From: an uncultured Ectothiorhodospiraceae bacterium
Lineage (GTDB): Bacteria > Pseudomonadota > Gammaproteobacteria > CAYFSA01
DNA: 50,239 nucleotides
NCBI GenBank assembly: GCA_964345605.1
Contig: CAYFSA010000004.1
Coordinates: 1 to 50,239, forward strand
Reading direction: 5' to 3'
This document shows, one piece after another, positions 30,426-38,847 of the stretch (its first letter is position 1; each line of letters begins with the position of its first letter). The translations under genes and the position numbers were made by a program. The notes below the pieces were generated by a model. That model was not told where the DNA came from. It saw only the letters and a program-made list of their open reading frames with translations, and did no database searches.

Positions 30426-31046
30426 TCAGTCGGCAGCGTTGCGACCACCCGCCAAGGCCAGGTAACGAGCGTGCAGCGCTTGGACTTGACGCACCAGATA
30501 CGGGCGGCTGCCATCATTGTAAAGCACGTCATCGGCATATTGCAGGCGCTTCACCGGGGTGATTTGATTGGCCATGATGCGGCGCACATCCGCTGCACTC
30601 ACGTTATCGCGCGCGCCAACCCGGGCCACCCGGGTTGGCTCGTCACACTCAATCACCATAATACGATCGACTAAATCCGTCATTTCCGTTTCGATCAGCA
30701 AAGGCACGACCAGTATGCAATACAACGCTTCCAGCTGCTCCAAACGCTCTTGGATGGTAACGCGAATACGGGGATGGAGTATAGCCTCCAAGCGGCGGCG
30801 ACTGGCAGAGTCAGCAAAGATTTTCCGGCGTAACGCAGCCCGATCCAAGTGGCCATCACTTTGCAGAACCGCTTCACCGAAGACCGCAACGACTTCGGCA
30901 AGCACCGGGCTGCCGGGTCTGACCACCTCGCGGGCGATCTCATCGGCATCGATCACTGGCACCGCCAACTCGGCAAACTGCTGTGCCACCGTGGATTTAC
31001 CGGCGCCTACCCCGCCGGTCAGCCCGACCACTAGCACACCGCTCAC
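30426..31046 (-). CDS. coaE: Dephospho-CoA kinase
   Basis: GTG start overlaps the pilD stop (GTGA). VVGLTGGVGAGKSTVA P-loop, IDADEIAREV. Confidence 0.93.
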   Translation of the reverse strand: MSGVLVVGLTGGVGAGKSTVAQQFAELAVPVIDADEIAREVVRPGSPVLAEVVAVFGEAVLQSDGHLDRAALRRKIFADSASRRRLEAILHPRIRVTIQERLEQLEALYCILVVPLLIETEMTDLVDRIMVIECDEPTRVARVGARDNVSAADVRRIMANQITPVKRLQYADDVLYNDGSRPYLVRQVQALHARYLALAGGRNAAD

Positions 31047-31921
31047 GCCAGACCGGCAAACCGCAAATACAGATTATTGAGCGTATCCCCATAGAGCAGC
31101 CCTAACCAACCGGCAATGGCTAAGAATGGACCAAAGGGAATCGGTTTTGCCCGGGCCCGACCGGCGAACAAGATTAATGTGATCCCCACGATAGCCCCCG
31201 TAAAAGAAGCCAGGACCAACACCAAAGGCAACATTTGCCAACCCAGCCAGGCCCCGAGCAGCGCCAGCAATTTGAAATCGCCATAGCCCATGCCTTCCTT
31301 GCCGGTCACCCATTTAAATAGCTGGAATATAATGCGCAGGCTCAAATAGCCACCGACAGCGCCGAGCAGGCTGGACTCCAGATCGGTAAAACCATTCATC
31401 CAGTTCACCAGCAAGCCGAGCCACAGTAGCGGCAGGGTAATCGAATCCGGCAGCAGGTAGGTCCGCAGATCGATCACGGCGAGGCCAATCAGCCCCCAGG
31501 TCAACAGCAAGGCCGCCACGGTCGGCCAGCTCGGCCCGAAATGCAAACCGACCAGCACAGTAAGGACGGCCGTGGTCAGCTCGACCAACGGATATTGCCA
31601 CGACAAACGCGTCTGACAGGCAGCACAGCGGCCGCGCAGCAGCAAGTAACTCAATAGCGGAATATTTTCCCAAATCCGCAAGCGATGACCGCAGTGGGGA
31701 CAGGTCGAGCCCGGCCACAGCAAATCAAACCGCGGTTTGTCATCATCGTTAAGATCGGTACCGAGCAACTCGGCACAATCGGCCCGCCATTGCCGTTCCA
31801 GCATCACCGGCAGGCGTAAAATGACCACGTTCAAAAAACTGCCAATCGCCAGGGCAAAGACGGTCAATGTGAACGCCCAGCCAAGCGGATAAGCCTGCCA
31901 CCAGGCGAGCAATTCCATCAT
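31043..31921 (-). CDS. pilD: Prepilin peptidase / N-methyltransferase PilD
   Basis: Polytopic membrane protein with Cys motifs (STCPHCGH...RGRCAAC) and GMGYGDFKLLA active-site region. Confidence 0.95.
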   Translation of the reverse strand: MMELLAWWQAYPLGWAFTLTVFALAIGSFLNVVILRLPVMLERQWRADCAELLGTDLNDDDKPRFDLLWPGSTCPHCGHRLRIWENIPLLSYLLLRGRCAACQTRLSWQYPLVELTTAVLTVLVGLHFGPSWPTVAALLLTWGLIGLAVIDLRTYLLPDSITLPLLWLGLLVNWMNGFTDLESSLLGAVGGYLSLRIIFQLFKWVTGKEGMGYGDFKLLALLGAWLGWQMLPLVLVLASFTGAIVGITLILFAGRARAKPIPFGPFLAIAGWLGLLYGDTLNNLYLRFAGLA

Positions 31922-31951
31922 GCGATGACCTCGGGGCGCCGATACGGCATC

Positions 31952-33172
31952 CTAGATAGCCTGCCCCATTTTGAAGATCGGCAGATACATAGCGATGACG
32001 AGGGTGCCGACAATGCCGCCGAGGACGACCATAATCAGGGGCTCGAGCAGGCTGCTCAGGGCATCAACCGCGGCATCGACTTCCTCTTCATAGAAATCGG
32101 CGACTTTGGTCAGCATGGTATCCAGCGAGCCGGATTCCTCGCCGATGGCGGTCATCTGCACCGCCATGTTCGGAAAGACATTCTGATTTTTCATGGTGGT
32201 CTGCAATTGCGTACCGGCCGCCACGTCATCCCGCATCCGCAGCACCGCGTCGCGATAGACGGCATTCCCGGCAGCGTTGGCCACTGACTCCATCGCTTCG
32301 ACCAGGGGCACGCCCGCGGCAAACATAGTCGCCAAAGTCCGGGCAAAGCGTGCCAACGTGCCCTTGCGCAGGATATCCCCGACCACCGGAATCTTGAGCA
32401 TCAGCACATCCATCACGTACTGCAGCCGCGGGGAACGCTTCAATGCCTGTACGAACACAGTCACAATCGCCCCTAATGAAAACAGCACGATATACCAGGA
32501 TTGCTGCAAAAATTCAGATAGATTGATGACCATGCGGGTCAATGCGGGCAGATCGGCACCGAAGCCCTGGAACAGGGACTCGAACTGCGGCACAACAAAC
32601 AGCAACAGGATCGCCGAAACACCGATGGCGACCACCACGATGGCCGACGGATAGACCAGAGCCTTTTTGATTTTCTTTTTGGTCGATTCAGTCTTTTCTT
32701 TATAGGTCGCGATCTTGTCGAGCAGCGTTTCGAGGGCGCCCGATTGCTCACCAGCGGCGACCAAGTTGACGAACAGCCGATCGAAGTGCTTGGGATGGCG
32801 GCTCAAGGCCTCGGCCAGGGTTGTCCCCCCTTCGATGTCGTTTTTGATCTTGATCAACAAATCCCCCATGGAGGGATTTTCATGGCCACGGGCAACGATT
32901 TCGAAGGCCTGCACCAACGGCACGCCCGCCGACATCATGGTCGCCAACTGCCGGGCGAAAACCGTGACGTCCTCGGCTTTGATTTTCTTTTGGCCACCGA
33001 GCAGCGGCTTGGGTTTTTTGCGAACCTTGGTGGGATTGATCCCTTGACGCCGCAGATTCGCCTGCATCAAGGTTACGCTGGTGGAAGAACCTTCGCCTTT
33101 GACTTTCTTGCCCTGGCGGTCTAAACCTTCCCAAAGAAAAATTTCCTGCTTACTCGCTGTCTTCTCGGCCAT
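31952..33172 (-). CDS. pilC: Type IV pilus assembly platform protein PilC
   Basis: 406 aa with a duplicated GspF-type domain (FARQLATMMSAGVPL / FARTLATMFAAGVPL). Confidence 0.95.
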   Translation of the reverse strand: MAEKTASKQEIFLWEGLDRQGKKVKGEGSSTSVTLMQANLRRQGINPTKVRKKPKPLLGGQKKIKAEDVTVFARQLATMMSAGVPLVQAFEIVARGHENPSMGDLLIKIKNDIEGGTTLAEALSRHPKHFDRLFVNLVAAGEQSGALETLLDKIATYKEKTESTKKKIKKALVYPSAIVVVAIGVSAILLLFVVPQFESLFQGFGADLPALTRMVINLSEFLQQSWYIVLFSLGAIVTVFVQALKRSPRLQYVMDVLMLKIPVVGDILRKGTLARFARTLATMFAAGVPLVEAMESVANAAGNAVYRDAVLRMRDDVAAGTQLQTTMKNQNVFPNMAVQMTAIGEESGSLDTMLTKVADFYEEEVDAAVDALSSLLEPLIMVVLGGIVGTLVIAMYLPIFKMGQAI

Positions 33173-33175
33173 GGT

Positions 33176-34894
33176 TTAATCCATTGTTACGCGGTTGATT
33201 TCCTCAAGACTGGTGACGCCGTCTTTCGCCTTTTTCAGTCCGGATTTACGTAAATCCGCAACGCCCTCGCGCTGAGCTTGCCGGGCGATATCGCCGGCGT
33301 TACCCCCTTCCATGATAATCCGCCCAATCTCATCGGACACACGCAGCACCTGATAAATCCCGACACGCCCCTTATAGCCTTTACCGCCGCATTGATCACA
33401 GCCCTTGGGTTTGTAGAGTGTGATGCCGGCATCAACTTCATCCTGCGAAAAACCTTCCTCCAATAGGGCATGGCGCGGAATATCATCGACTTCCTTGCAA
33501 TTCGAGCATAACCGCCGTCCCAATCGCTGGGCGATAATCAATGTCACCGCCGAGGCAATATTATAGGCTGGCACGCCCATATTGAGCAGACGGCTCAAGG
33601 TCTGCGGGGCATCGTTGGTATGCAGGGTGGACAGCACCAAGTGCCCCGTCTGCGCCGCCTTGATGGCGATCTCCGCCGTTTCCAGGTCGCGAATCTCACC
33701 GACCATGATGACATCCGGGTCCTGGCGCAAAAAGGCCCGCAACGCGGCAGCGAAGGTCAGGCCCACTTTGGGATTGACATTGACCTGATTGATGCCCGGA
33801 ATATTGATCTCGGCCGGGTCCTCGGCCGTGGAGATATTGCGCCCGGGCTCATTCAGGATATTTAAGCCAGTATACAATGAGACCGTTTTACCGCTGCCGG
33901 TGGGACCCGTCACCAGGATCATGCCGTAAGGACTTTGCAGGGCATCCATGTACATTTTCTTCTGCTCGGGCTCATAGCCGAGCTTGTCGATCCCCATTTT
34001 GGCACTGGAGGGATCGAGAATCCGCAGGACCATCTTTTCGCCGAACAGGGTGGGCAGGGTATTGACCCGAAAGTCTATCGCCCGGCTTTTAGACACCTGC
34101 AGTTTGATCCGGCCATCCTGGGGAACGCGGCGCTCGGCGATATCCATACGCGACATGACCTTCATGCGCGCGACAATCCGTGGGGCTAGCGCCGTCGGCG
34201 GCGAAGCGACCTCCTGCAGCACACCGTCGATGCGCAGGCGCACCCGGCATGTTTTCTCGTAAGGCTCGAAATGAATATCGGAGGCGCCGCGGCCGATGGC
34301 ATCCAGTAAGACCTTGTTCACAAAGCGCACCACCGGCGCATCGTCGGTCGAGTCGGCATCGACCTCAGCCTGCCCTTCCGCCTCGGTATCGACGAACTCC
34401 AGGTCTTCCAAGCCCTCATCCAGATCCACGTCGATCTTCGATTCGGGTGCCGACAGCACATCATCGATCAGCTTGGCCAGCTTGTCGGCCTCGACAATCA
34501 CCGGCTCGGTGGTGATGCCGGTATTGAATTTGATTTCATCAAGGGCAGCGAGATTGGTGGGATCGGCAATGGCGACGTGCAGCCGATTGCCCCGCTGCAC
34601 AATCGGTAAGGCCTGGTGCTGACGGATCAGCTTTTCCTCGACGACCGATTTGGGAATCCATTCCGTTTGCAGTACCCCCAGATCGAAGGCCGGCAGACCA
34701 AATTCATACGCCGCCGACAAGGCGATAGCCTGGGGCTCGACTTGATGCTGCTTGATCAGATAATCGACGACCGAGGTTCGCTTGCTCTGGGCCGCTTCCT
34801 GGGCCTGCATGGCAATACCTTCCTCAACCACGCCGTCCTGCACCAGCCGCAGGGTCAAACCGGTCAGCTTAATGGATGATGCTGCGGTCGCCAT
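33176..34894 (-). CDS. pilB: Type IV pilus assembly ATPase PilB
   Basis: GspE-family ATPase with VTGPTGSGKTV Walker A, PDVIMVGEIRD, LVLSTLHTNDA and a tetracysteine motif (CSNC...CDQC). Confidence 0.96.
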   Translation of the reverse strand: MATAASSIKLTGLTLRLVQDGVVEEGIAMQAQEAAQSKRTSVVDYLIKQHQVEPQAIALSAAYEFGLPAFDLGVLQTEWIPKSVVEEKLIRQHQALPIVQRGNRLHVAIADPTNLAALDEIKFNTGITTEPVIVEADKLAKLIDDVLSAPESKIDVDLDEGLEDLEFVDTEAEGQAEVDADSTDDAPVVRFVNKVLLDAIGRGASDIHFEPYEKTCRVRLRIDGVLQEVASPPTALAPRIVARMKVMSRMDIAERRVPQDGRIKLQVSKSRAIDFRVNTLPTLFGEKMVLRILDPSSAKMGIDKLGYEPEQKKMYMDALQSPYGMILVTGPTGSGKTVSLYTGLNILNEPGRNISTAEDPAEINIPGINQVNVNPKVGLTFAAALRAFLRQDPDVIMVGEIRDLETAEIAIKAAQTGHLVLSTLHTNDAPQTLSRLLNMGVPAYNIASAVTLIIAQRLGRRLCSNCKEVDDIPRHALLEEGFSQDEVDAGITLYKPKGCDQCGGKGYKGRVGIYQVLRVSDEIGRIIMEGGNAGDIARQAQREGVADLRKSGLKKAKDGVTSLEEINRVTMD

Positions 34895-35198
34895 GATCTC
34901 AATGCTCCCAGGCGTACTTGGTCAATATCGTTCAATAGGCGAATCGGCGGCCAGTCGGCTCAGCCATCAGTATCCCACCCGAGGGGTATTCATGGAAGGA
35001 AAAAAATTCCGGTGTCGATCGGCACAAGCTGCTGCATACCTGGTGCGCAGACTAGCCTGGCGGCAATGCTGGCAGGGCCGGAGCCGGCGTTGCATAGTGT
35101 GCTCCAGAGTCATTGCCGCAGTATGGGGCGCTGGCTGCATTGGCCAAGCTTGTTTGCTGGACGCATGAGCGATGGCAAATCGATGGAACGCATCGGCT

Positions 35199-35225
35199 GT
35201 CATGGCCCCGCACAGGGGCCATGAC
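35199..35225 (-). terminator. Strong hairpin 30 nt downstream of the HiPIP-1 stop (possible terminator, no U-tract)
   Basis: Perfect 11-bp stem GTCATGGCCCC / GGGGCCATGAC with a 5-nt loop. No T-run follows on either strand. Confidence 0.3.
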
Positions 35226-35254
35226 GGTCGCATCGGCGCGTAATGACCTAAACG

Positions 35255-35599
35255 TTAGGCTTTGGGCGCCCAGGCTGTGCACCAGCCATTCTCATTGACC
35301 AGCTTGCCCGGGAAGATGGCGCAAGGCCGCCAGGTGCCGGAATCGGCTTGGATGAAGTTGCAGTTACTGCAGAACTGTTCAGATGCCGGCACACCGGATT
35401 TTTTGGTACGCGCTGCTTCGGTGGCATCGTGCTTATAACCCAGACCGGAAGCGGCGGGATCATCTTCGGACAGATGCGGCAGATCAGCAGCGGTGGCCAC
35501 GGCCGAACCGACCAACTGCGCCAGCGGTACGGCCGCCAAGCCGCCCAGCAGGGTCCGCATGGCGTTGCGACGTGTCAGATCAGTCTTGTTTTGAGACAT
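35255..35599 (-). CDS. High-potential iron-sulfur protein (HiPIP), Tat-exported, copy 1
   Basis: ATG 35599 with a GAGGGG RBS. Twin-arginine signal TRRNAMRTLLGGLAAVPLAQLVGSAVATA. The four Cys ligands are in the HiPIP pattern FCSNCNF...WRPCAIF...NGWCTAW. Confidence 0.92.
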   Translation of the reverse strand: MSQNKTDLTRRNAMRTLLGGLAAVPLAQLVGSAVATAADLPHLSEDDPAASGLGYKHDATEAARTKKSGVPASEQFCSNCNFIQADSGTWRPCAIFPGKLVNENGWCTAWAPKA

Positions 35600-35785
35600 T
35601 ATCGATTCCCCTCTCTTCATTGATGAACAACACGGCTCTGTAATGAGTCGTCACGTTGCGGTGACGACCCGGGCATGAGAATGCGGGGATTGCAGCAGAC
35701 AAACCGTGCCGCTGTAAATGCTCAGGGTTACAGCTACCCACTGCAGTCCCACGCATTCCCCTGCTTGCTTCGTGCCCGCTCGCGG

Positions 35786-36133
35786 TCAACCGGAAGCGCG
35801 CGGTGCCCAGGCTGTGCACCAGCCTTCGGCATTAACCAGCCACTGATCGCCAAAGATGTAACAGGGGCGCCATTCGCCGGAATCCCCTTTCAATAACTGG
35901 CAATTATGACAAAACTGCTCTTCGGCAGGATGGCCGGGCTTGTCGACCCGCTGTGCTTCAGTGGCATCATGCCGATATTGCAGGCTTTTCGCCATGGCAT
36001 TGTCTTCCGAAATACGCTCCGCAGCTAACGCCACCGCACTTCCCACCAAATGCATCAATGGGACTGCGGCCAACCCGCCGAGAGCGACCCGCATGGCATG
36101 CCGGCGACCTTGGTCAATCGATTTATCGGACAT
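35786..36133 (-). CDS. High-potential iron-sulfur protein (HiPIP), Tat-exported, copy 2
   Basis: ATG 36133 with an AGAGGGG RBS. GRRHAMRVALGGLAAVPLMHLVGSAVALA. FCHNCQL...WRPCYIF...EGWCTAW. Confidence 0.92.
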   Translation of the reverse strand: MSDKSIDQGRRHAMRVALGGLAAVPLMHLVGSAVALAAERISEDNAMAKSLQYRHDATEAQRVDKPGHPAEEQFCHNCQLLKGDSGEWRPCYIFGDQWLVNAEGWCTAWAPRASG

Positions 36134-36217
36134 TTGTCTTTTACCCCTCTGTTGTGTTGATCGAGACAACCGCTCGCGCCAGGTGAGGATACACTGACCC
36201 AATCACAATGACCGAGC

Positions 36218-36246
36218 ATTATTAAGGATACAACCCCATGGGTCAA
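36218..36246 (-). promoter_or_regulatory. Candidate sigma70 promoter for HiPIP copy 2
   Basis: On the minus strand: TTGACC (36246-36241), 17-bp spacer, AATAAT (36223-36218). It starts 10 nt after the moaA stop. Confidence 0.45.
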
Positions 36247-36255
36247 AACATGAAA

Positions 36256-37266
36256 TTATCCGCCGGTCATGTGCATGTAGCGATAGTCGAGCGGCTGCTC
36301 GCGCGCGAAGTGATGGCCATAAGGCTTGCGGGCGATAGCGCCGCGGATCGCTGCAGCGAGCGCACCGGGGTTATCCGGATGAGCACGCAGCACCCGTTTC
36401 AGATCGACGGCATCGGCTTGGCCCAGGCAGAGCACGAGCTGGCCCTCGGTCGTCAGCCTGACCCGATTGCATTGCGCACAAAAATTATGACTGTGCGGCG
36501 CGATCAGGCCAAGCCGGGAAGCGCTACCTGCCAGGCGATAATAGCGCGAGGGCCCGCCGGTCGTTTCCGTCGAGGGGAGCAGGTCGAAGACCTCGCTGAC
36601 CTTAGCTAGCACCTGATCGCTTGAGCAGCGACTGCCCTCAGGCTGATGATCCGCTAACCCCCCCAGCGGCATTTCCTCGATAAAACTGATATCCAAGCCC
36701 CTGGCCACCGCGAATCGCACCAAATCGACGAGTTCATCGTCATTGCGGTTGGCCAATACCACTGTGTTCAGCTTGATGCGCTCAAACCCCGCCGCCTGCG
36801 CAGCGGCAATGCCGGTCAGCACTTGTTCGAGCTCGCCCGTGCGGGTAATTGCCTGAAACCGTGCCGGCTGCAAGCTATCCAGGCTGATATTCAGCCGCCG
36901 CACTCCAGCCGCTCGCAAGGGCTGCGCATAGCGCGCCAAGCGTGCGCCGTTGGTGGTCAAGGTCAGCTCATTCAGCCCCGGCAAACCGCCGAGGGTGGTC
37001 AATAAGCTCATGACGTTCGCCCGCGCCAGCGGCTCGCCGCCACTGACGCGGATTTTCGTCACTCCAAGCTCGACGAAGGCCGCCGCGATCGTGGCGATCT
37101 CTTCCAAGGTCAACAGCTGAGCACGCGGCAGAAACGTGGTTTGCTCGGCCATGCAATAAATGCAACGGAAATCGCACCGATCCGTAACCGAAATCCGCAG
37201 ATAATTGATGGCTCGTCCGAATGGATCGATGAGAGTGGGCCGACTCTGCCCAGCGCCCGCAGTCAT
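36256..37266 (-). CDS. moaA: GTP 3',8-cyclase MoaA (radical SAM, molybdenum cofactor biosynthesis)
   Basis: YLRISVTDRCDFRCIYCM radical-SAM cluster motif, C-terminal CAQCNRVRLTTEG cluster, GG C-terminus. Confidence 0.95.
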   Translation of the reverse strand: MTAGAGQSRPTLIDPFGRAINYLRISVTDRCDFRCIYCMAEQTTFLPRAQLLTLEEIATIAAAFVELGVTKIRVSGGEPLARANVMSLLTTLGGLPGLNELTLTTNGARLARYAQPLRAAGVRRLNISLDSLQPARFQAITRTGELEQVLTGIAAAQAAGFERIKLNTVVLANRNDDELVDLVRFAVARGLDISFIEEMPLGGLADHQPEGSRCSSDQVLAKVSEVFDLLPSTETTGGPSRYYRLAGSASRLGLIAPHSHNFCAQCNRVRLTTEGQLVLCLGQADAVDLKRVLRAHPDNPGALAAAIRGAIARKPYGHHFAREQPLDYRYMHMTGG

Positions 37267-37408
37267 GGCCAGTACCTATGCATTAACTCAATGCATGCCA
37301 ACATACCAGAAAAATCAGCGGCACATAGCCCTTTGACCAAGCAAAACACTCGGGGTTTGACTGGCGTCAAGGCGCCATCGTTGATAGCGACCTGACGTCG
37401 GCAAATTA

Positions 37409-37430
37409 TAAACCACCCTTAAACCACCCT
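37409..37430 (+). repeat. Perfect tandem 11-bp direct repeat (TAAACCACCCT x2) upstream of the Rieske gene
   Basis: TAAACCACCCT at 37409-37419 and again at 37420-37430. It ends 21 bp upstream of a -10-like TACAAT (37452-37457), and no good -35 is present. Confidence 0.85.
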
Positions 37431-37496
37431 ACCAATGTCAGGCAAAGCCTGTACAATAAGCGGCCAGTCACAGCTAGCGAGCCAGCGGAGAGAACC

Positions 37497-37805
37497 ATGC
37501 GCTTTGTACCCGTTTTGACTGAAACGGATTTACCCGTGGGTAAAACCGCGCGGGTCGAGGTCGACGAGCATCCGATTCTGCTCGCCAACGTCGACGGTGA
37601 AATCCTGGCAATCGATGACACCTGTACCCATGAGGATGCCTCGCTCTATCAAGGCGCATTGCACGGTGATTGTGTCGCCTGCCCATTGCACGGTTCACGC
37701 TTCAATCTGCGCACCGGCCTGCCCAGTGAGGAACCGGCGACCGAACCGGTGCAAACCTATCCGGTCAAGGTCGAGGCCGGTCAAATCTTCGTCGCTGCCG
37801 GCTGA
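37497..37805 (+). CDS. Rieske [2Fe-2S] ferredoxin-type protein (102 aa)
   Basis: GGAGAG RBS. Rieske motifs CTHEDASL (CxH) and CPLHGSRF (CxxH). Confidence 0.9.
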   Translation: MRFVPVLTETDLPVGKTARVEVDEHPILLANVDGEILAIDDTCTHEDASLYQGALHGDCVACPLHGSRFNLRTGLPSEEPATEPVQTYPVKVEAGQIFVAAG

Positions 37806-37852
37806 TGCCTGTTGCTCGGCCGACTGCCGCCAACCCATGGAAAAACCTCGAC

Positions 37853-38842
37853 ATGACTCGTCCATCCTGGTTGCGCGCCCTGATCGTTTTGCTCCTTTTG
37901 CTCGTGAGCGGCTGCAGCCTGCTGCCCGGCGGCGGCACGCCCACCCCCCCGGCGTGGTATGCGCAGCCCGCCGCTGAACCCGCCGGCGTCTGGTGGGGCT
38001 ATGGCACCGGCCAAACCAAGCAACAAGCCACCCAAAAAGGCCTGGTCGATATCGCCGCGCGCATCAAGACCACCGTATCTGAAGAGTTGCGGGTCCAGAC
38101 CGGGCGTTATGACGACCGCACCCGCCGCACCATGAACCAGCTCACCCGACAAACGATCGACGACACGCAATTTATCGGCTATCAAGTCGCGCAACATGAG
38201 CAGCGCGGCGGCAACCATTTCGTTAAGGTCGCGGTGGATCGGTCGCAATTCCTGGCCCGCCAGCGGGCTGAACTCGAGCAGATCGCAGACCAGCTCGACA
38301 CGCTCATGACCAGCTTCCGGCAGGGCTCCGCCGCCGCCAAGCTCAAGAAAATGCCGCAAATACGCGAGCTGGTCGAGCGCGGCCAGGGGCTGGCCGAGCT
38401 GCTCAACGCCTTTGGTCAACAAGCGAGCACCCGCACTGCGACCCAGCGCTTTAATGATTACCGCACCTCGATGACTCGGGCCCGCGAGCGCATACAATTC
38501 CATGTCAGTCACGACCCCGCCAGCCGCTATATCGCCCGGCATCTCACCGCCCTCCTGAACGCCGAGCAGCTGCCGGTCACCACGCGCAGCGACCCCGGCG
38601 GCCATACCATTCACATCGACATCGACACCCAGGTCAAGCATTACAGCCGCGGCTCGGAAGTACGTGCCACACTCACCAGCCGGTTCACTGCCGCCGGCGA
38701 CGCCGACGAGCAAATCAGCAGCCGTCAGGCGACCGTTTCCGCGGCTTCTCTGCAAGGCCGGGAGAAAGCGCTGGAGAATGCCTCCGAATTGCTGCGACGC
38801 CAAATCGCCGAGCGTGGGGTTCTGGATTTCCTGGGGCTGTAA
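37853..38842 (+). CDS. Lipoprotein with LPP20-like N-terminal domain
   Basis: Signal MTRPSWLRALIVLLLLLVSGC with lipobox VSGC. ATG 37805, which overlaps the Rieske stop as TGATG, is an alternative start. WWGYGTGQTKQQATQKGLVDIAARIKTTVSEEL resembles the LPP20 family. The plus frame has third-position GC bias, unlike the antisense ORF 37781-38803. Confidence 0.65.
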   Translation: MTRPSWLRALIVLLLLLVSGCSLLPGGGTPTPPAWYAQPAAEPAGVWWGYGTGQTKQQATQKGLVDIAARIKTTVSEELRVQTGRYDDRTRRTMNQLTRQTIDDTQFIGYQVAQHEQRGGNHFVKVAVDRSQFLARQRAELEQIADQLDTLMTSFRQGSAAAKLKKMPQIRELVERGQGLAELLNAFGQQASTRTATQRFNDYRTSMTRARERIQFHVSHDPASRYIARHLTALLNAEQLPVTTRSDPGGHTIHIDIDTQVKHYSRGSEVRATLTSRFTAAGDADEQISSRQATVSAASLQGREKALENASELLRRQIAERGVLDFLGL

Positions 38843-38847
38843 CGCCC

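Noticed and set aside
35021-35037. Sigma54-like GGCAC-N-CTGCAT in the pilB-HiPIP gap
   Set aside because: The GG-to-GC spacing is 11 rather than 10 nt, and no plus-strand gene lies downstream.
37267-37430. Possible Moco riboswitch in the moaA leader
   Set aside because: I could not find the conserved Moco-motif core by eye. Only vague CCCGAG and AAAGGGC fragments are present. A covariance-model scan is needed before any claim.
37781-38803. 340-aa minus-strand ORF overlapping the LPP20-like lipoprotein gene
   Set aside because: The plus frame has a perfect lipoprotein signal and third-position GC bias. The minus-frame product is G/A/L-rich with no features.
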